Assembly: GCA_964012805.1 (NCBI GenBank)
Contig: CAXGUD010000030.1
Location: forward strand, 1-46,086
From: an uncultured Bacteriovoracaceae bacterium
GTDB taxonomy: Bacteria > Bdellovibrionota > Bacteriovoracia > Bacteriovoracales > Bacteriovoracaceae
Direction of reading: 5' to 3'
DNA: 46,086 bases
Below, piece by piece: positions 1 through 8,797 of this stretch. Numbering within the stretch: the stretch's first letter is position 1; every line of letters begins with the position of its first letter. The position numbers were made by a program, and so were the translations under genes. The notes beneath the pieces are model-generated. The model was not told where the DNA came from and did no database searches. It was given only the letters and a program-made list of their open reading frames with translations.

Positions 1-1
1 T

Positions 2-742
2 CAACTCCGTTCCTTTATAGAAAAAACAAACAATACTAGATCTAATTTTATTAAAGAGAATAGGAGGCTTATAGAAGTCGCGAATTCAGTACATAATAAC
101 AGTGGAAATGGAGGAAATATAAATGAATTAATAAAAGATATAAAAACTGCTTTTAATTCATTTAACCAAAAGTTTGTATTAAAGGAATTAAGTTCCATTT
201 TTAATCAGTTCATTTCTCCAATTGAAGAACTAGCAAGGCAGCAGGATAAAATGGTAGAAATCAATATCACAGAAAGCGATATATACCTAGATCCCGAAAG
301 TTATAAAGAATTATTTTCTAGTTTTATTCATATATTTAGAAACTCTATAGATCATGGGATAGAATCTATTGAGGAAAGGATTGCTAAAAATAAGCAAAAG
401 ACAGGAATTTTAAATATAAAAATTAAAAAAATTAATTCGAGTTTCTTTGAAATTATTATTTCCGACGACGGAAGAGGTATAGACCCTAAAATGATAAAAG
501 AAAAAATTTCTAAGATAGAGGGTATAAAAGAAACCAATTTAGAAAAATTAACGGATCGAGAAATTTTGGACTTCATTTTCCATAAAGGATTTACGACTAA
601 GGAAGATATAAATACAATTTCTGGGCGAGGAGTAGGGATGAATTCAGTTAAAAATGAAGTCGAGGCGATAGGTGGTAAAATAATAATTAAATCGATATTA
701 GGTGATGGGGTTGACTTTATTATTAAACTACCCTTTTTATAA
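2..742 (+). CDS. CheA-like histidine kinase, C-terminal part (5'-partial), ending after the HATPase domain
   Basis: Frame is open from base 2 (QLRSFIEK...IEELARQQDKMVE) into the listed 251..742 ORF. CheA-type P4 motifs HIFRNSIDHGIE, DDGRG, GFTTK, SGRGVGM. Stops at KLPFL with no P5 domain. Confidence 0.85.
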   Translation, partial: QLRSFIEKTNNTRSNFIKENRRLIEVANSVHNNSGNGGNINELIKDIKTAFNSFNQKFVLKELSSIFNQFISPIEELARQQDKMVEINITESDIYLDPESYKELFSSFIHIFRNSIDHGIESIEERIAKNKQKTGILNIKIKKINSSFFEIIISDDGRGIDPKMIKEKISKIEGIKETNLEKLTDREILDFIFHKGFTTKEDINTISGRGVGMNSVKNEVEAIGGKIIIKSILGDGVDFIIKLPFL

Positions 743-921
743 TTTAAATGAGTTGTAAAGAAATAATACATTATATTTATTTTATTTAATTAAAACTTTC
801 ATCGATTTTTTGATTATCTCCCATGGCAAATAAAATTTAAGGTTTCTAATCTTTAAAGACGATAATTTATCAATACTTTTAATTAGAATAAGCTTTAAAT
901 TTTTTAATTAATGGGATTTTA

Positions 922-1290
922 ATGAAAAAAATTATCGTATTGTTAAATCTATTTTTTTTCATAAATTTAATAGGCTGCTCTACTATTACACCACTAAAGG
1001 GTAGTCAGTATCATAAAAAAAAATTTTCTAGCTTTGAAGAATGTTTAAGCAAAACGACTGGGAGGTATAATTTTTCGGAATATACTCTGAATCTATTCGC
1101 CGGGATTGGAGGTCTTGTTCTAATGTATAAATCGGGTAGGACCGATTCCTTTTGGGGGTTCCTAGGCTCTTCTATGTTAAGTGGGGCAGGTTTTAATAGA
1201 TTGGACGATGTTAAAAGGGCAGCAGAATCATGTCAGGATTATGATGAATGGAAAAAAAATCAAAAGCCCAAACTTATTAAATTAATTTAA
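922..1290 (+). CDS. Hypothetical lipoprotein with glycine-rich hydrophobic segments
   Basis: MKK + hydrophobic stretch + LIGC lipobox. Two Gly-rich hydrophobic segments flanked by Cys. Confidence 0.6.
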   Translation: MKKIIVLLNLFFFINLIGCSTITPLKGSQYHKKKFSSFEECLSKTTGRYNFSEYTLNLFAGIGGLVLMYKSGRTDSFWGFLGSSMLSGAGFNRLDDVKRAAESCQDYDEWKKNQKPKLIKLI

Positions 1291-1479
1291 AACGATCGTA
1301 GATAAATTTATTGATGCTAAAATTTTTTTATTTAAATAAAAAATATATAACGAACTATTATTAATTAATTTTTAAAAATATAGTTCAATTTCTTATATTT
1401 TTTTTTAAATAAACGATGAATAATTTAGAAAAAGTGTAATGATTTTTCTAAAACTCAATTTTTTTATTAGGAGAAAGAA

Positions 1480-1737
1480 ATGAAAACACTTAAAATTCTG
1501 ATGGCTTTTTTAATAATTTCATTAACAATTTCAATAAATGTCGTGAGCGCAAAAGAAAAAAAATATCCAAAAAAAGTTTGTGATGGAATATACGGCTCAA
1601 TTGGTTTATTTGTTAAAATTGCTGACGGTATATGGAAAAAAAAGAAAAATGACAAAAAAGCGGTCTTATACTCCCAAGCAGCGGCTAATTATGCAACTAT
1701 TTATGAAACAGTATGCAGAAAAGGAAAATCTAATTAA
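1480..1737 (+). CDS. Small secreted hypothetical protein (2 Cys)
   Basis: AGGAG RBS; signal peptide ending VSA; mature part basic and helical-looking. Confidence 0.65.
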   Translation: MKTLKILMAFLIISLTISINVVSAKEKKYPKKVCDGIYGSIGLFVKIADGIWKKKKNDKKAVLYSQAAANYATIYETVCRKGKSN

Positions 1738-1940
1738 ATAAATATTTGATTAAAAATATAAACTTCATTTTATTATAATTAAGCTTACTTTTTAACAAAA
1801 ATAACTTTATTTTAATTTAGAGTTTGAGCTTTCGGAATAATATTCTATTAATGAGTGGTGTTGAGAGTAGAAAAAGGGTTTTTTCTTCTCCTAACCTTTT
1901 TCCTTTGTAAGTCAGCTCCACTTTTTTACTTTATTTACCC

Positions 1941-2543
1941 TTATAAAATTGGCCAACCCATTTTAATGGCCAGATAATGGGTCACTTTTGTATGAAAGTG
2001 AAAGTTGGCCATATCCAAAGGCCTCATACCTTTAAAACTTCCTTTCTTGATAGGCCCCAAGTCGGCCCCGGCTTCAACTAGAACCTTTACAACGTTGAAA
2101 TTCCCTAATAAAGATGCCTTCATAATAGGTGTAAGACCTTCATTATCTCCTAAGCTAAGGTCGGCACCTAAATTAAGAAGCTCTTTAACCAAAACATGAT
2201 CACCTTTTTCAATTGCTCCTAAAAGTGCAGTCATTCCTTCTTTTGTTTTGAAATTTATATCTGCACCTAAAAGTAGGCATTCTTTAACTCCTTTTAATCC
2301 GACTTTATAACCACACTGGCTTCCTAAAAGAGAGTCGTCAAGAGAATTACCTCTTGAGTTCGTTAAAGCTACGAGTTTTTTACCCCAATAACGGGCTTCA
2401 TCAATATTTGGTCTTTTTACAATTTGATCCATATTCCTCTCTGAACTCTTTTTAAGAGAAATACTGCAAGAACTTAAAACCAAACAAATTAAAGACAGAA
2501 AAGCAGTTTTTAAAAAGTTATTTTTTGATAAACAAAACTTCAT
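1941..2543 (-). CDS. Ankyrin-repeat lipoprotein
   Basis: LSSC lipobox; ankyrin repeats GMTALLGA..GADL, GLTPIMKA..GADL, GMRPLDMA. Confidence 0.85.
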   Translation of the reverse strand: MKFCLSKNNFLKTAFLSLICLVLSSCSISLKKSSERNMDQIVKRPNIDEARYWGKKLVALTNSRGNSLDDSLLGSQCGYKVGLKGVKECLLLGADINFKTKEGMTALLGAIEKGDHVLVKELLNLGADLSLGDNEGLTPIMKASLLGNFNVVKVLVEAGADLGPIKKGSFKGMRPLDMANFHFHTKVTHYLAIKMGWPIL

Positions 2544-2755
2544 TTCTTTTTCCTTTTGTAGAAAAAAATTATTTTATGAAATTTCGTCTTTATTAAAAAA
2601 GTCTTTAACGGAAAGGCTAAATAGAAACTCGCCTAAATTTATAGTTGATATTAATGGTAGATTAAATATCGCTTCTCATCACTTTTCTCAAGCTCATTCA
2701 TATTAAGGTCGATATGAATTTAATATCCATTACAATTAATTGGGTGGTCAGAAAA

Positions 2756-2836
2756 ATGAAATTCATTTTCTTTATAACTTTGATTATTTTAGCTGAAAAC
2801 TCTTTTCCTCAAGTACATTGTGTTAAAATAGCTTAA
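2756..2836 (+). CDS. Possible 26-aa hydrophobic leader or remnant ORF (MKFIFFITLIILAENSFPQVHCVKIA)
   Basis: Translated by hand. Its TAA overlaps the next ATG (TAATG at 2834-2838). Signal-peptide-like N-terminus. Confidence 0.3.
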   Translation: MKFIFFITLIILAENSFPQVHCVKIA

Positions 2837-3744
2837 TGAAATGTCATTTTACTCTTCTTCTTTGTTTTTTTCTTTGTTCTTGTGCCGGAACTATAAAGCA
2901 TTCAACTGTTGCGTTTGATAAAAAGATGTTTAAAGAAAATGACGCGAATGTAACAAATAAGGCAGTCGCTTATCAAAATATAGCTGGTGAAGATGCTATG
3001 TCAATTACACTTAATTATTCAATGAAAGGTGGAAAAGTTGATTGGGCCAGACGAGGTGTAAAAGGTTTTGCTCAACGTTGGCAGATACAATTACGTAAAT
3101 CTACTCCTGCAAATACCACTGCTTGGTATACATTTAAATTCAACATAGCTAAAGATACCCAAATACCTCAATACACTTTAACATTTGCAGACTTCAAACG
3201 AATGATAGGTAATACAGATACAGGAGCCCCACCGATATCATTTTCAATAAACAACAATCGTTTCATGTTGGGATTGAGTGGTTCAGATAAACAAACATGT
3301 AAGAAATGGTTAAGTGGGTCAGAAGAATGCAATAACTCAGAAGCCTACTTTATGACACTTGCTAATACTCAAAGCCTTAAAGGTCGTTGGGTTAGAGTAA
3401 CATTTCGTGTAGACTGGAGCGACTTAGGATCAGTAGCAGTATGGATAAATGATAAATTACGTGCAGAATACTATGGCAATTTGCGACAAGGTGGTACCGG
3501 ATTTAGATACAAAGTAGGTAGCTACCGGCATCACATGTTACAAGCTACAGAAAAAGGTATCACAATAGATCCTATTACCGTTCATTATGCTGATATAACC
3601 TCAGGTAAATCATGTTCTAAAGTAAGTGACTCATGTTCAACACTTGAATCACAACTAAAAAACAAGAAATATGCTTCAGGTATGAGTCACATAGCGCAAT
3701 GTGGAACTGGTGGTCCTGCTAGTTGTAGAACAGTAAATTGGTAA
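2836..3744 (+). CDS. Polysaccharide-lyase-like (beta-jelly-roll) lipoprotein
   Basis: LCSC lipobox; WYTFKF, GRWVRVTFRVDWS..G.VAVWIND, FRYKVGSYR resemble the jelly-roll lyase (Polysacc_lyase/PL7-like) signature (Y/F)xKxGxYR. Confidence 0.6.
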   Translation: MKCHFTLLLCFFLCSCAGTIKHSTVAFDKKMFKENDANVTNKAVAYQNIAGEDAMSITLNYSMKGGKVDWARRGVKGFAQRWQIQLRKSTPANTTAWYTFKFNIAKDTQIPQYTLTFADFKRMIGNTDTGAPPISFSINNNRFMLGLSGSDKQTCKKWLSGSEECNNSEAYFMTLANTQSLKGRWVRVTFRVDWSDLGSVAVWINDKLRAEYYGNLRQGGTGFRYKVGSYRHHMLQATEKGITIDPITVHYADITSGKSCSKVSDSCSTLESQLKNKKYASGMSHIAQCGTGGPASCRTVNW

Positions 3745-4220
3745 AAACTTGAAAAATATTCGTTCTGCTCACTTAATGAAAGCACCAGTGGTAGTGACAA
3801 TTCAAAAATTGAAAAATCTCTAAAAAAGAACTAGTAAAAAATTATTCCAAAGGAAAACTAGGATGAACAATTCTCTACGGGAGGATTTATGGAAACGGAG
3901 ACTGTTAAATAAGAGAACTAGCATTAGTAGAAAGATAAGTAGAGGAGACCCTAGAAGAGATTAGGGAAATTTTAGATGAAGCTAGAGAGTTTGGGAGTCA
4001 ATAAGAAGCTTTGAGCTGGTTGACTTATCCCTTAAAATAAAAAAAAACTAAGAGCTAAGTTTTCTTTCATAAGATCCCTAAGGTGAGTTCCAGTAAAATA
4101 AAAAGATTCTTAGGTTCCACTATTTTTGTAAATAAAATTTTGAAACGAGAAAAAAAGAATTTAGAATAATGAGAAGTGAATAGGGTAAAGCTCATAAATA
4201 TGAACAAAAAACCCGGATCG

Positions 4221-4320
4221 CTTGGGACCAGGTTGCCTCTGGGTCCCGAAACAATTTCTACTTGGGAGCCTTAGAAAGACTATAAAATTACCAACTTAAT
4301 TAAGGACCACTTGGGTCCAA
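4221..4320. repeat. Cluster of (C)TTGGG(A/T)CC-type short repeats and inverted repeats just 3' of the tRNA (possible att arm sites or terminator)
   Basis: cttgggacca 4221, ctgggtccc 4239, cttgggagcc 4261, ggaccacttgggtcc 4304-4318. Confidence 0.5.
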
Positions 4321-4323
4321 TTA

Positions 4324-4410
4324 TGGTGGTTCCCGCGGGACTTGAACCCGCAACCTCTAATGAGGCATGGATTTTAAATCCACTGTGTAAACCAATTCCA
4401 CCAGGGAACC
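4324..4410 (-). tRNA. tRNA-Leu (anticodon TAA)
   Basis: Reverse complement GGTTCCCTGGTGGAATTGGTTTACACAGTGGATTTAAAATCCATGCCTCATTAGAGGTTGCGGGTTCAAGTCCCGCGGGAACCACCA. 7-bp acceptor stem, TAA anticodon, long variable arm, TTC T-loop, encoded CCA. Confidence 0.97.
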
Positions 4411-4425
4411 ATTAAGAGAGTCGGT

Positions 4426-5892
4426 ATGCAGGAAGTGATATTGAACTATTTGAGATACTTTTGTCAATTAAAAAGACTTGGAAGATTAGCTCCGCTCTAT
4501 CTTATTTTTCCTTTTCTTTTGTCGGGGTGTGGCACTTCAAAGTCTGTGATGAAAAAAATAACACAAAAGGTAAAGGGAAGCCGTGCTTCAATTCCAGAAC
4601 TTGCCTCTTGGGAAAGTGTTACTAACAGAGATGGGAAAATGCCAGAAACTGGTCACGCCTTTTTTAGCTTTTCCCCTCGAATGAGCAGTGAGACCGGTCT
4701 TACGCAGGCCATTTTAACGACACCTGCAGGAAGCCCTTACCGTTATGAATTCCACCTCCCCACCGGGCAGGTTTATCGTACTGAGCGTTACTGTAAACAA
4801 AGAGATGTTTGGCGTTCTTTCAAAAGCTCTTTAACGAAGCCTCCTTTCCATGAAGGTTTTATTCCTCGCTTAATGGATGCAACTGGGAATCCCCAGAAAA
4901 TTTTAGTTTTTGGAAGTAAGGCCATGCACCCCTTTAATTTCGACCGTTTTTCAAAGCCAGTTACGGTAAAGATAGTGGGTGGAGTTCAAGAGCAATATTG
5001 CCGACGCTACCCTTGTTCAAAGCAGGGTACTTGGCAAAAGCGGATGGTTTTAATAGGTATTGATCCATTGCATGAAGACTTTATGGGTGTGAAGACTTTT
5101 AAAAAGTTCAAGAAAGTTTCTGATTGGAAATACGCAAAATCCTTTATTGAAAATTCTCAAGGTAGGACAAGCTCTTTTTATGACCCTGAAAAGGATAGGG
5201 GGGACAACCCTTCTTATAGAATTGTGGGTTCGTTCGAAAAGGAATCTGCTATGCGCTATGTGACTAAATCAGGTCATCTTTTTAAGGAAAAAGAAATACT
5301 AACGATGAAAAAGTCGTGCGACAAAATATATTCTTTTTTATGGCAAGCTTCTAAGATCTTCAAAAAAGCGAAAAGCATTAAAAAATCTGATAGTAAGGAG
5401 ACCCAAAAAAGTTTTGGCCTTTTCTTCTCATCTTTCTTTGAAGACTTTGGGAGGTCCTATAGGACCTGTTCCAAATTTATGGGAAGCACAAAGCGTGAAA
5501 AGAATATGGGAAAAGTTTGGTTTTTTTCTTTTTTAGATGGAGTTTTTCACCTCGCTAATTTGGGTTATTCGTATGACTGCGAAAAAAAGGCATGGGCCAA
5601 AAATGTTGTCAAAAACAACTCTCTTTTTTTAGAAAAAGACCAATGTGGGCCTGAAGATGTTAATGACGCTTTTGATTCTGCTGTAACAACCTTGGGGATT
5701 CTCTACAGAAATAAGGACCACTCGTATATGTATAAAACATACGATTTTGGGCCAGGAGGGACTCACCAAAGAATTTATTCTTGGGTCTTTAACCGAGGGA
5801 AAAAAATTCTTTGCGTTAATGAGAATGAAAAATTGAGCTTTGAGGATACCCAATCATCATTTCCTAACGATGTACGTTGGACACCTCTTTAA
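4426..5892 (+). CDS. Hypothetical Cys-containing lipoprotein (true start may be TTG 4441 or 4450)
   Basis: 488-aa ORF with LLSGC lipobox; no recognisable domain. Confidence 0.7.
   Translation: MQEVILNYLRYFCQLKRLGRLAPLYLIFPFLLSGCGTSKSVMKKITQKVKGSRASIPELASWESVTNRDGKMPETGHAFFSFSPRMSSETGLTQAILTTPAGSPYRYEFHLPTGQVYRTERYCKQRDVWRSFKSSLTKPPFHEGFIPRLMDATGNPQKILVFGSKAMHPFNFDRFSKPVTVKIVGGVQEQYCRRYPCSKQGTWQKRMVLIGIDPLHEDFMGVKTFKKFKKVSDWKYAKSFIENSQGRTSSFYDPEKDRGDNPSYRIVGSFEKESAMRYVTKSGHLFKEKEILTMKKSCDKIYSFLWQASKIFKKAKSIKKSDSKETQKSFGLFFSSFFEDFGRSYRTCSKFMGSTKREKNMGKVWFFSFLDGVFHLANLGYSYDCEKKAWAKNVVKNNSLFLEKDQCGPEDVNDAFDSAVTTLGILYRNKDHSYMYKTYDFGPGGTHQRIYSWVFNRGKKILCVNENEKLSFEDTQSSFPNDVRWTPL
4438..4467 (-). 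promoter_or_regulatory. Probable sigma70 promoter of tRNA-Leu
   Basis: Perfect TTGACA on minus strand (4462-4467), weaker CAATAT 18 nt downstream. Confidence 0.4.
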
Positions 5893-5980
5893 GGTTATAA
5901 CGACAGATCCTCTATTTACAGGCTTGGTGGGGGTGGCATAAAATAGGATTATTTTTGTCGACGCGACGTGGGAGCTTTCG

Positions 5981-6532
5981 ATGTCCAAAGTAAAACCTAC
6001 AAGGGACTTCGCTAAAATTGAAGAAGAATTTCTGCTGGAAAAACTTGTTTTGACGACTAAGGCAAGTGGCCTTATTGACTGGTTAAAAAGAAGGTCCCAA
6101 GTAAATTCTTTATGGACTTTTCCATTTGGAACTTCTTGTTGTGCTTTGGAGTTTATGTCTTTGAGTGGTGAAACTCAATCAGCTGGAGAGCTTGGAGCAG
6201 ATCTAACTCGTCATTCTCCTGAGCGTTCTGATTTATTGGTTGTCGGAGGAACTATAACTGAGAAACAGGCACCTATTTTGAAAAGTGTTTATGAAAAAAT
6301 GGAAGGCCCTAAATGGGTCATCGCTATGGGAGCTTGTGCAGCTTCAGGAGGCCCCTACAACACTTACTCTGTTGTGCAAGGAGTTTCTAGTATTATACCC
6401 GTAGACGTTTATATTCCTGGCTGCCCTCCTTCGGCTGAAGCTGTTATTGCTGGCTTCCATCTTATGAAAGAAAGAATTCTTAAAGGAGCTCAAAGAGGGG
6501 TCCTCCCTGAGACAATTGAGAAAGGATTATAA
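5981..6532 (+). CDS. nuoB: NADH-quinone oxidoreductase subunit B-like
   Basis: FGTSCCALE tandem Cys, GACAASGG, DVYIPGCPP (N2 cluster ligands). Confidence 0.92.
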   Translation: MSKVKPTRDFAKIEEEFLLEKLVLTTKASGLIDWLKRRSQVNSLWTFPFGTSCCALEFMSLSGETQSAGELGADLTRHSPERSDLLVVGGTITEKQAPILKSVYEKMEGPKWVIAMGACAASGGPYNTYSVVQGVSSIIPVDVYIPGCPPSAEAVIAGFHLMKERILKGAQRGVLPETIEKGL

Positions 6533-6534
6533 AG

Positions 6535-8217
6535 ATGGGAAACAGTAGGGAGCTCTTTCAAAAATGTGAGGATCAATTCGGTAATTCTCGACTTACGGAA
6601 TACAGACCTATGGAATGGGTTTTAGTTGCAGATTTAGAAAAGCTCCAGGAAGACTTTTCTTTTTTGAAGGTCCATTGCCAATTTAATTTGCTTTTGGACA
6701 TTTGTGGTGTGGATAACCTTAGTAAAAAAGAAGGAAACTTATCAGGGAAAAGATTTGAAATTAATTACCATATCCTTAACCTTGAGGAGCATATAAGAAT
6801 CAGGGTTAAGGTTTATCTAGATGAGAAGGAAAGCCTTCCCAGTATCACCGCTCTTTGGAAAGGAGCTGAGTGGTTTGAAAGAGAAGTCTGGGACATGTAT
6901 GGTATTCTTTTTAATGGAAGGCCTAAGGAAAGAATTTTGACTCATCACGAGTTTATTGGGCATCCCCTTCGTAAAGACTTTGATCCTAAAAAAAGAATTC
7001 CTTTATCATCTCCTTTACCCCTAGCTCCTCACGACACTAGAAAATTAAGAGGTCTTCCAGAAGATGGGCACTGGCTTAATATTGACCCATCACACCCTAT
7101 TACTAAAGGAGCCTTGAGGGTTATGGTTAACCTTGAAGGAGAAAAGATAAAAGATGTGTTGCTTGAAATTGGTTACCTTCACAGGGGCTTTGAAAAACTT
7201 TGTGAGGGTTTAAATTACAACCAAATTATTCCCTATACTGATAGATTGAACTATTGTTCAGCCGCACTTAACAATATTGGTTGGTGCAAGGCCGTTGAAG
7301 AACTGATGGAAATTGAGATTTCTGAAAGGGCCAAAGCGTTGAGGATGGTTTTTGGTGAATTGGCGCGAGTCATTGACCATTTGATTTCTTTGGGAACTAT
7401 GGCCGAAGATCTAGGAGCTCCTACCGGTCTTTGGTTTTTCATGGAGTTGAGAGAGAGGATTTCGAAACTTTTCACCTCTTACTGTGGTGGAAGTGTGAAC
7501 CCATCATTAACCAGAGTAGGAGGTATGTCTCATGACCTTCCTTTGGGTTGGGTTAACGATTGCTTAAATACTGTTAAGTCAGTTGAGCACTCGATGGATG
7601 ACCTCTCAAAAATGTTCAGTCAGTTGCCTTGGTGGATGGATAAAACAAGAGTGTGCCCTATTGAAGCCAAAGATGCGATAGAGTGGGGTTTTACTGGTCC
7701 CTGCTTGCGTGCGTGCGGAATTAACTATGATTTAAGAAAGGTAAGCCCTTATTACTATTATGGAGATGTTGAGTTTGAGGTTCCTCTAGGTTCTAAGGGG
7801 GATGTCTACGACAAATACCTGGTAAGGATGGAAGAGATTAGGCAATCTCTTAAAATTATCACTCAAGTTTTGGACTATTTGCCAGTAGGACGTTTAAACA
7901 TTGTGGACGGAGTAAGCCTTCCTGAAAAATCGGAAGTGTATAAAGATAAAAAGGCTTTAGATAAATACCGCTCTTTAATAAGAGATGGAATAAAAGTTAA
8001 GCCAGGTGAAATCTATTCGGCCATAGAAGGTGCAAATGGTGAACTAGGTTTTTATATCCAGAGTGATGGAGGAAATACTCCCTATAGAGTAAAAGTCAGG
8101 CCTCCTTGCTTTCCCCTTTTTCAATCATTTTCTGAAATCGTTAAAGGTAATTATTTATCAGATGCCTACGCAACACTTGTTTCTTTAAATATTGTTCCAG
8201 GGGAATTAGACCGGTAA
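6535..8217 (+). CDS. nuoCD: Fused NADH-quinone oxidoreductase subunit C/D-like (divergent)
   Basis: NuoC motifs EREVWDMYGI, GHPLRKDF; NuoD motifs GYLHRGFEK, DRLNY, GELG, C-terminal GELDR. Confidence 0.92.
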   Translation: MGNSRELFQKCEDQFGNSRLTEYRPMEWVLVADLEKLQEDFSFLKVHCQFNLLLDICGVDNLSKKEGNLSGKRFEINYHILNLEEHIRIRVKVYLDEKESLPSITALWKGAEWFEREVWDMYGILFNGRPKERILTHHEFIGHPLRKDFDPKKRIPLSSPLPLAPHDTRKLRGLPEDGHWLNIDPSHPITKGALRVMVNLEGEKIKDVLLEIGYLHRGFEKLCEGLNYNQIIPYTDRLNYCSAALNNIGWCKAVEELMEIEISERAKALRMVFGELARVIDHLISLGTMAEDLGAPTGLWFFMELRERISKLFTSYCGGSVNPSLTRVGGMSHDLPLGWVNDCLNTVKSVEHSMDDLSKMFSQLPWWMDKTRVCPIEAKDAIEWGFTGPCLRACGINYDLRKVSPYYYYGDVEFEVPLGSKGDVYDKYLVRMEEIRQSLKIITQVLDYLPVGRLNIVDGVSLPEKSEVYKDKKALDKYRSLIRDGIKVKPGEIYSAIEGANGELGFYIQSDGGNTPYRVKVRPPCFPLFQSFSEIVKGNYLSDAYATLVSLNIVPGELDR

Positions 8218-8236
8218 TTAAGGGGCTCAGAAACTT

Positions 8237-8791
8237 ATGATTTTAAAAAGAGAGTTATACCAAAGGCATGGTTATTTTAAAGGCATTTTGATTGTTCTTT
8301 CCCTTCAAATGTCCCGTCTATTAAAGATGTTCTTGAGTGTATTCAAAAAAGATGAAGGACGTTTAGCGGGTAGTGAGGATCAAAGATCATCGAAGTATAA
8401 AGGAATGCTCGCATTGACTGTGAATAAGCAGGGTGAACTCCAGTGTACAGGATGCGGACTTTGCCAAGCTGTTTGCCCAAGTGATTGTATTGATATTCAG
8501 TTCGATAAAAAGAAAAAAGGCGTAGGGGCCTTTAACATTGACCTCCTGAGGTGTGTTTTTTGTGGACTTTGTGAGGAGGCATGCCCTATAGACGGTATTA
8601 GGCATACGGCTGAAATTCCAAGTCCAGGCCACTTTGAGCAAAATTGGAATATTGGGATACCGACTCTGGCCTATCGAAAATCGCTCAATAATGGTAAGGG
8701 TCTCCTTTCGGAATACGCCTTTGATCAACAAGATTTAAACCAAGATAATGAGACGGTTTTACAAGATGAAGGTCAAACCTCCAACGCTTAA
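8237..8791 (+). CDS. nuoI: NuoI-like 2x[4Fe-4S] protein
   Basis: CTGCGLCQAVCP and CVFCGLCEEACP; FNIDLLRC; follows nuoB/CD. Confidence 0.85.
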   Translation: MILKRELYQRHGYFKGILIVLSLQMSRLLKMFLSVFKKDEGRLAGSEDQRSSKYKGMLALTVNKQGELQCTGCGLCQAVCPSDCIDIQFDKKKKGVGAFNIDLLRCVFCGLCEEACPIDGIRHTAEIPSPGHFEQNWNIGIPTLAYRKSLNNGKGLLSEYAFDQQDLNQDNETVLQDEGQTSNA

Positions 8792-8797
8792 TTGAGT

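Noticed and set aside
3860..4200. Possible decayed small ORF (GGAGG-ATG at ~3889; VEETLEEIREILDEAREFGSQ fragment)
   Set aside because: Interrupted by stops and a frameshift with no recognisable family; too weak to call a pseudogene.
742..4320. Integron cassette array
   Set aside because: Mixed gene orientation, no convincing attC (RYYYAAC...GTTRRRY) pairs found by eye, and no integrase.
6535..8217. Group 4 [NiFe]-hydrogenase large subunit
   Set aside because: No RxCxxC or DPCxxC nickel motifs; the protein ends GELDR as in NuoD.
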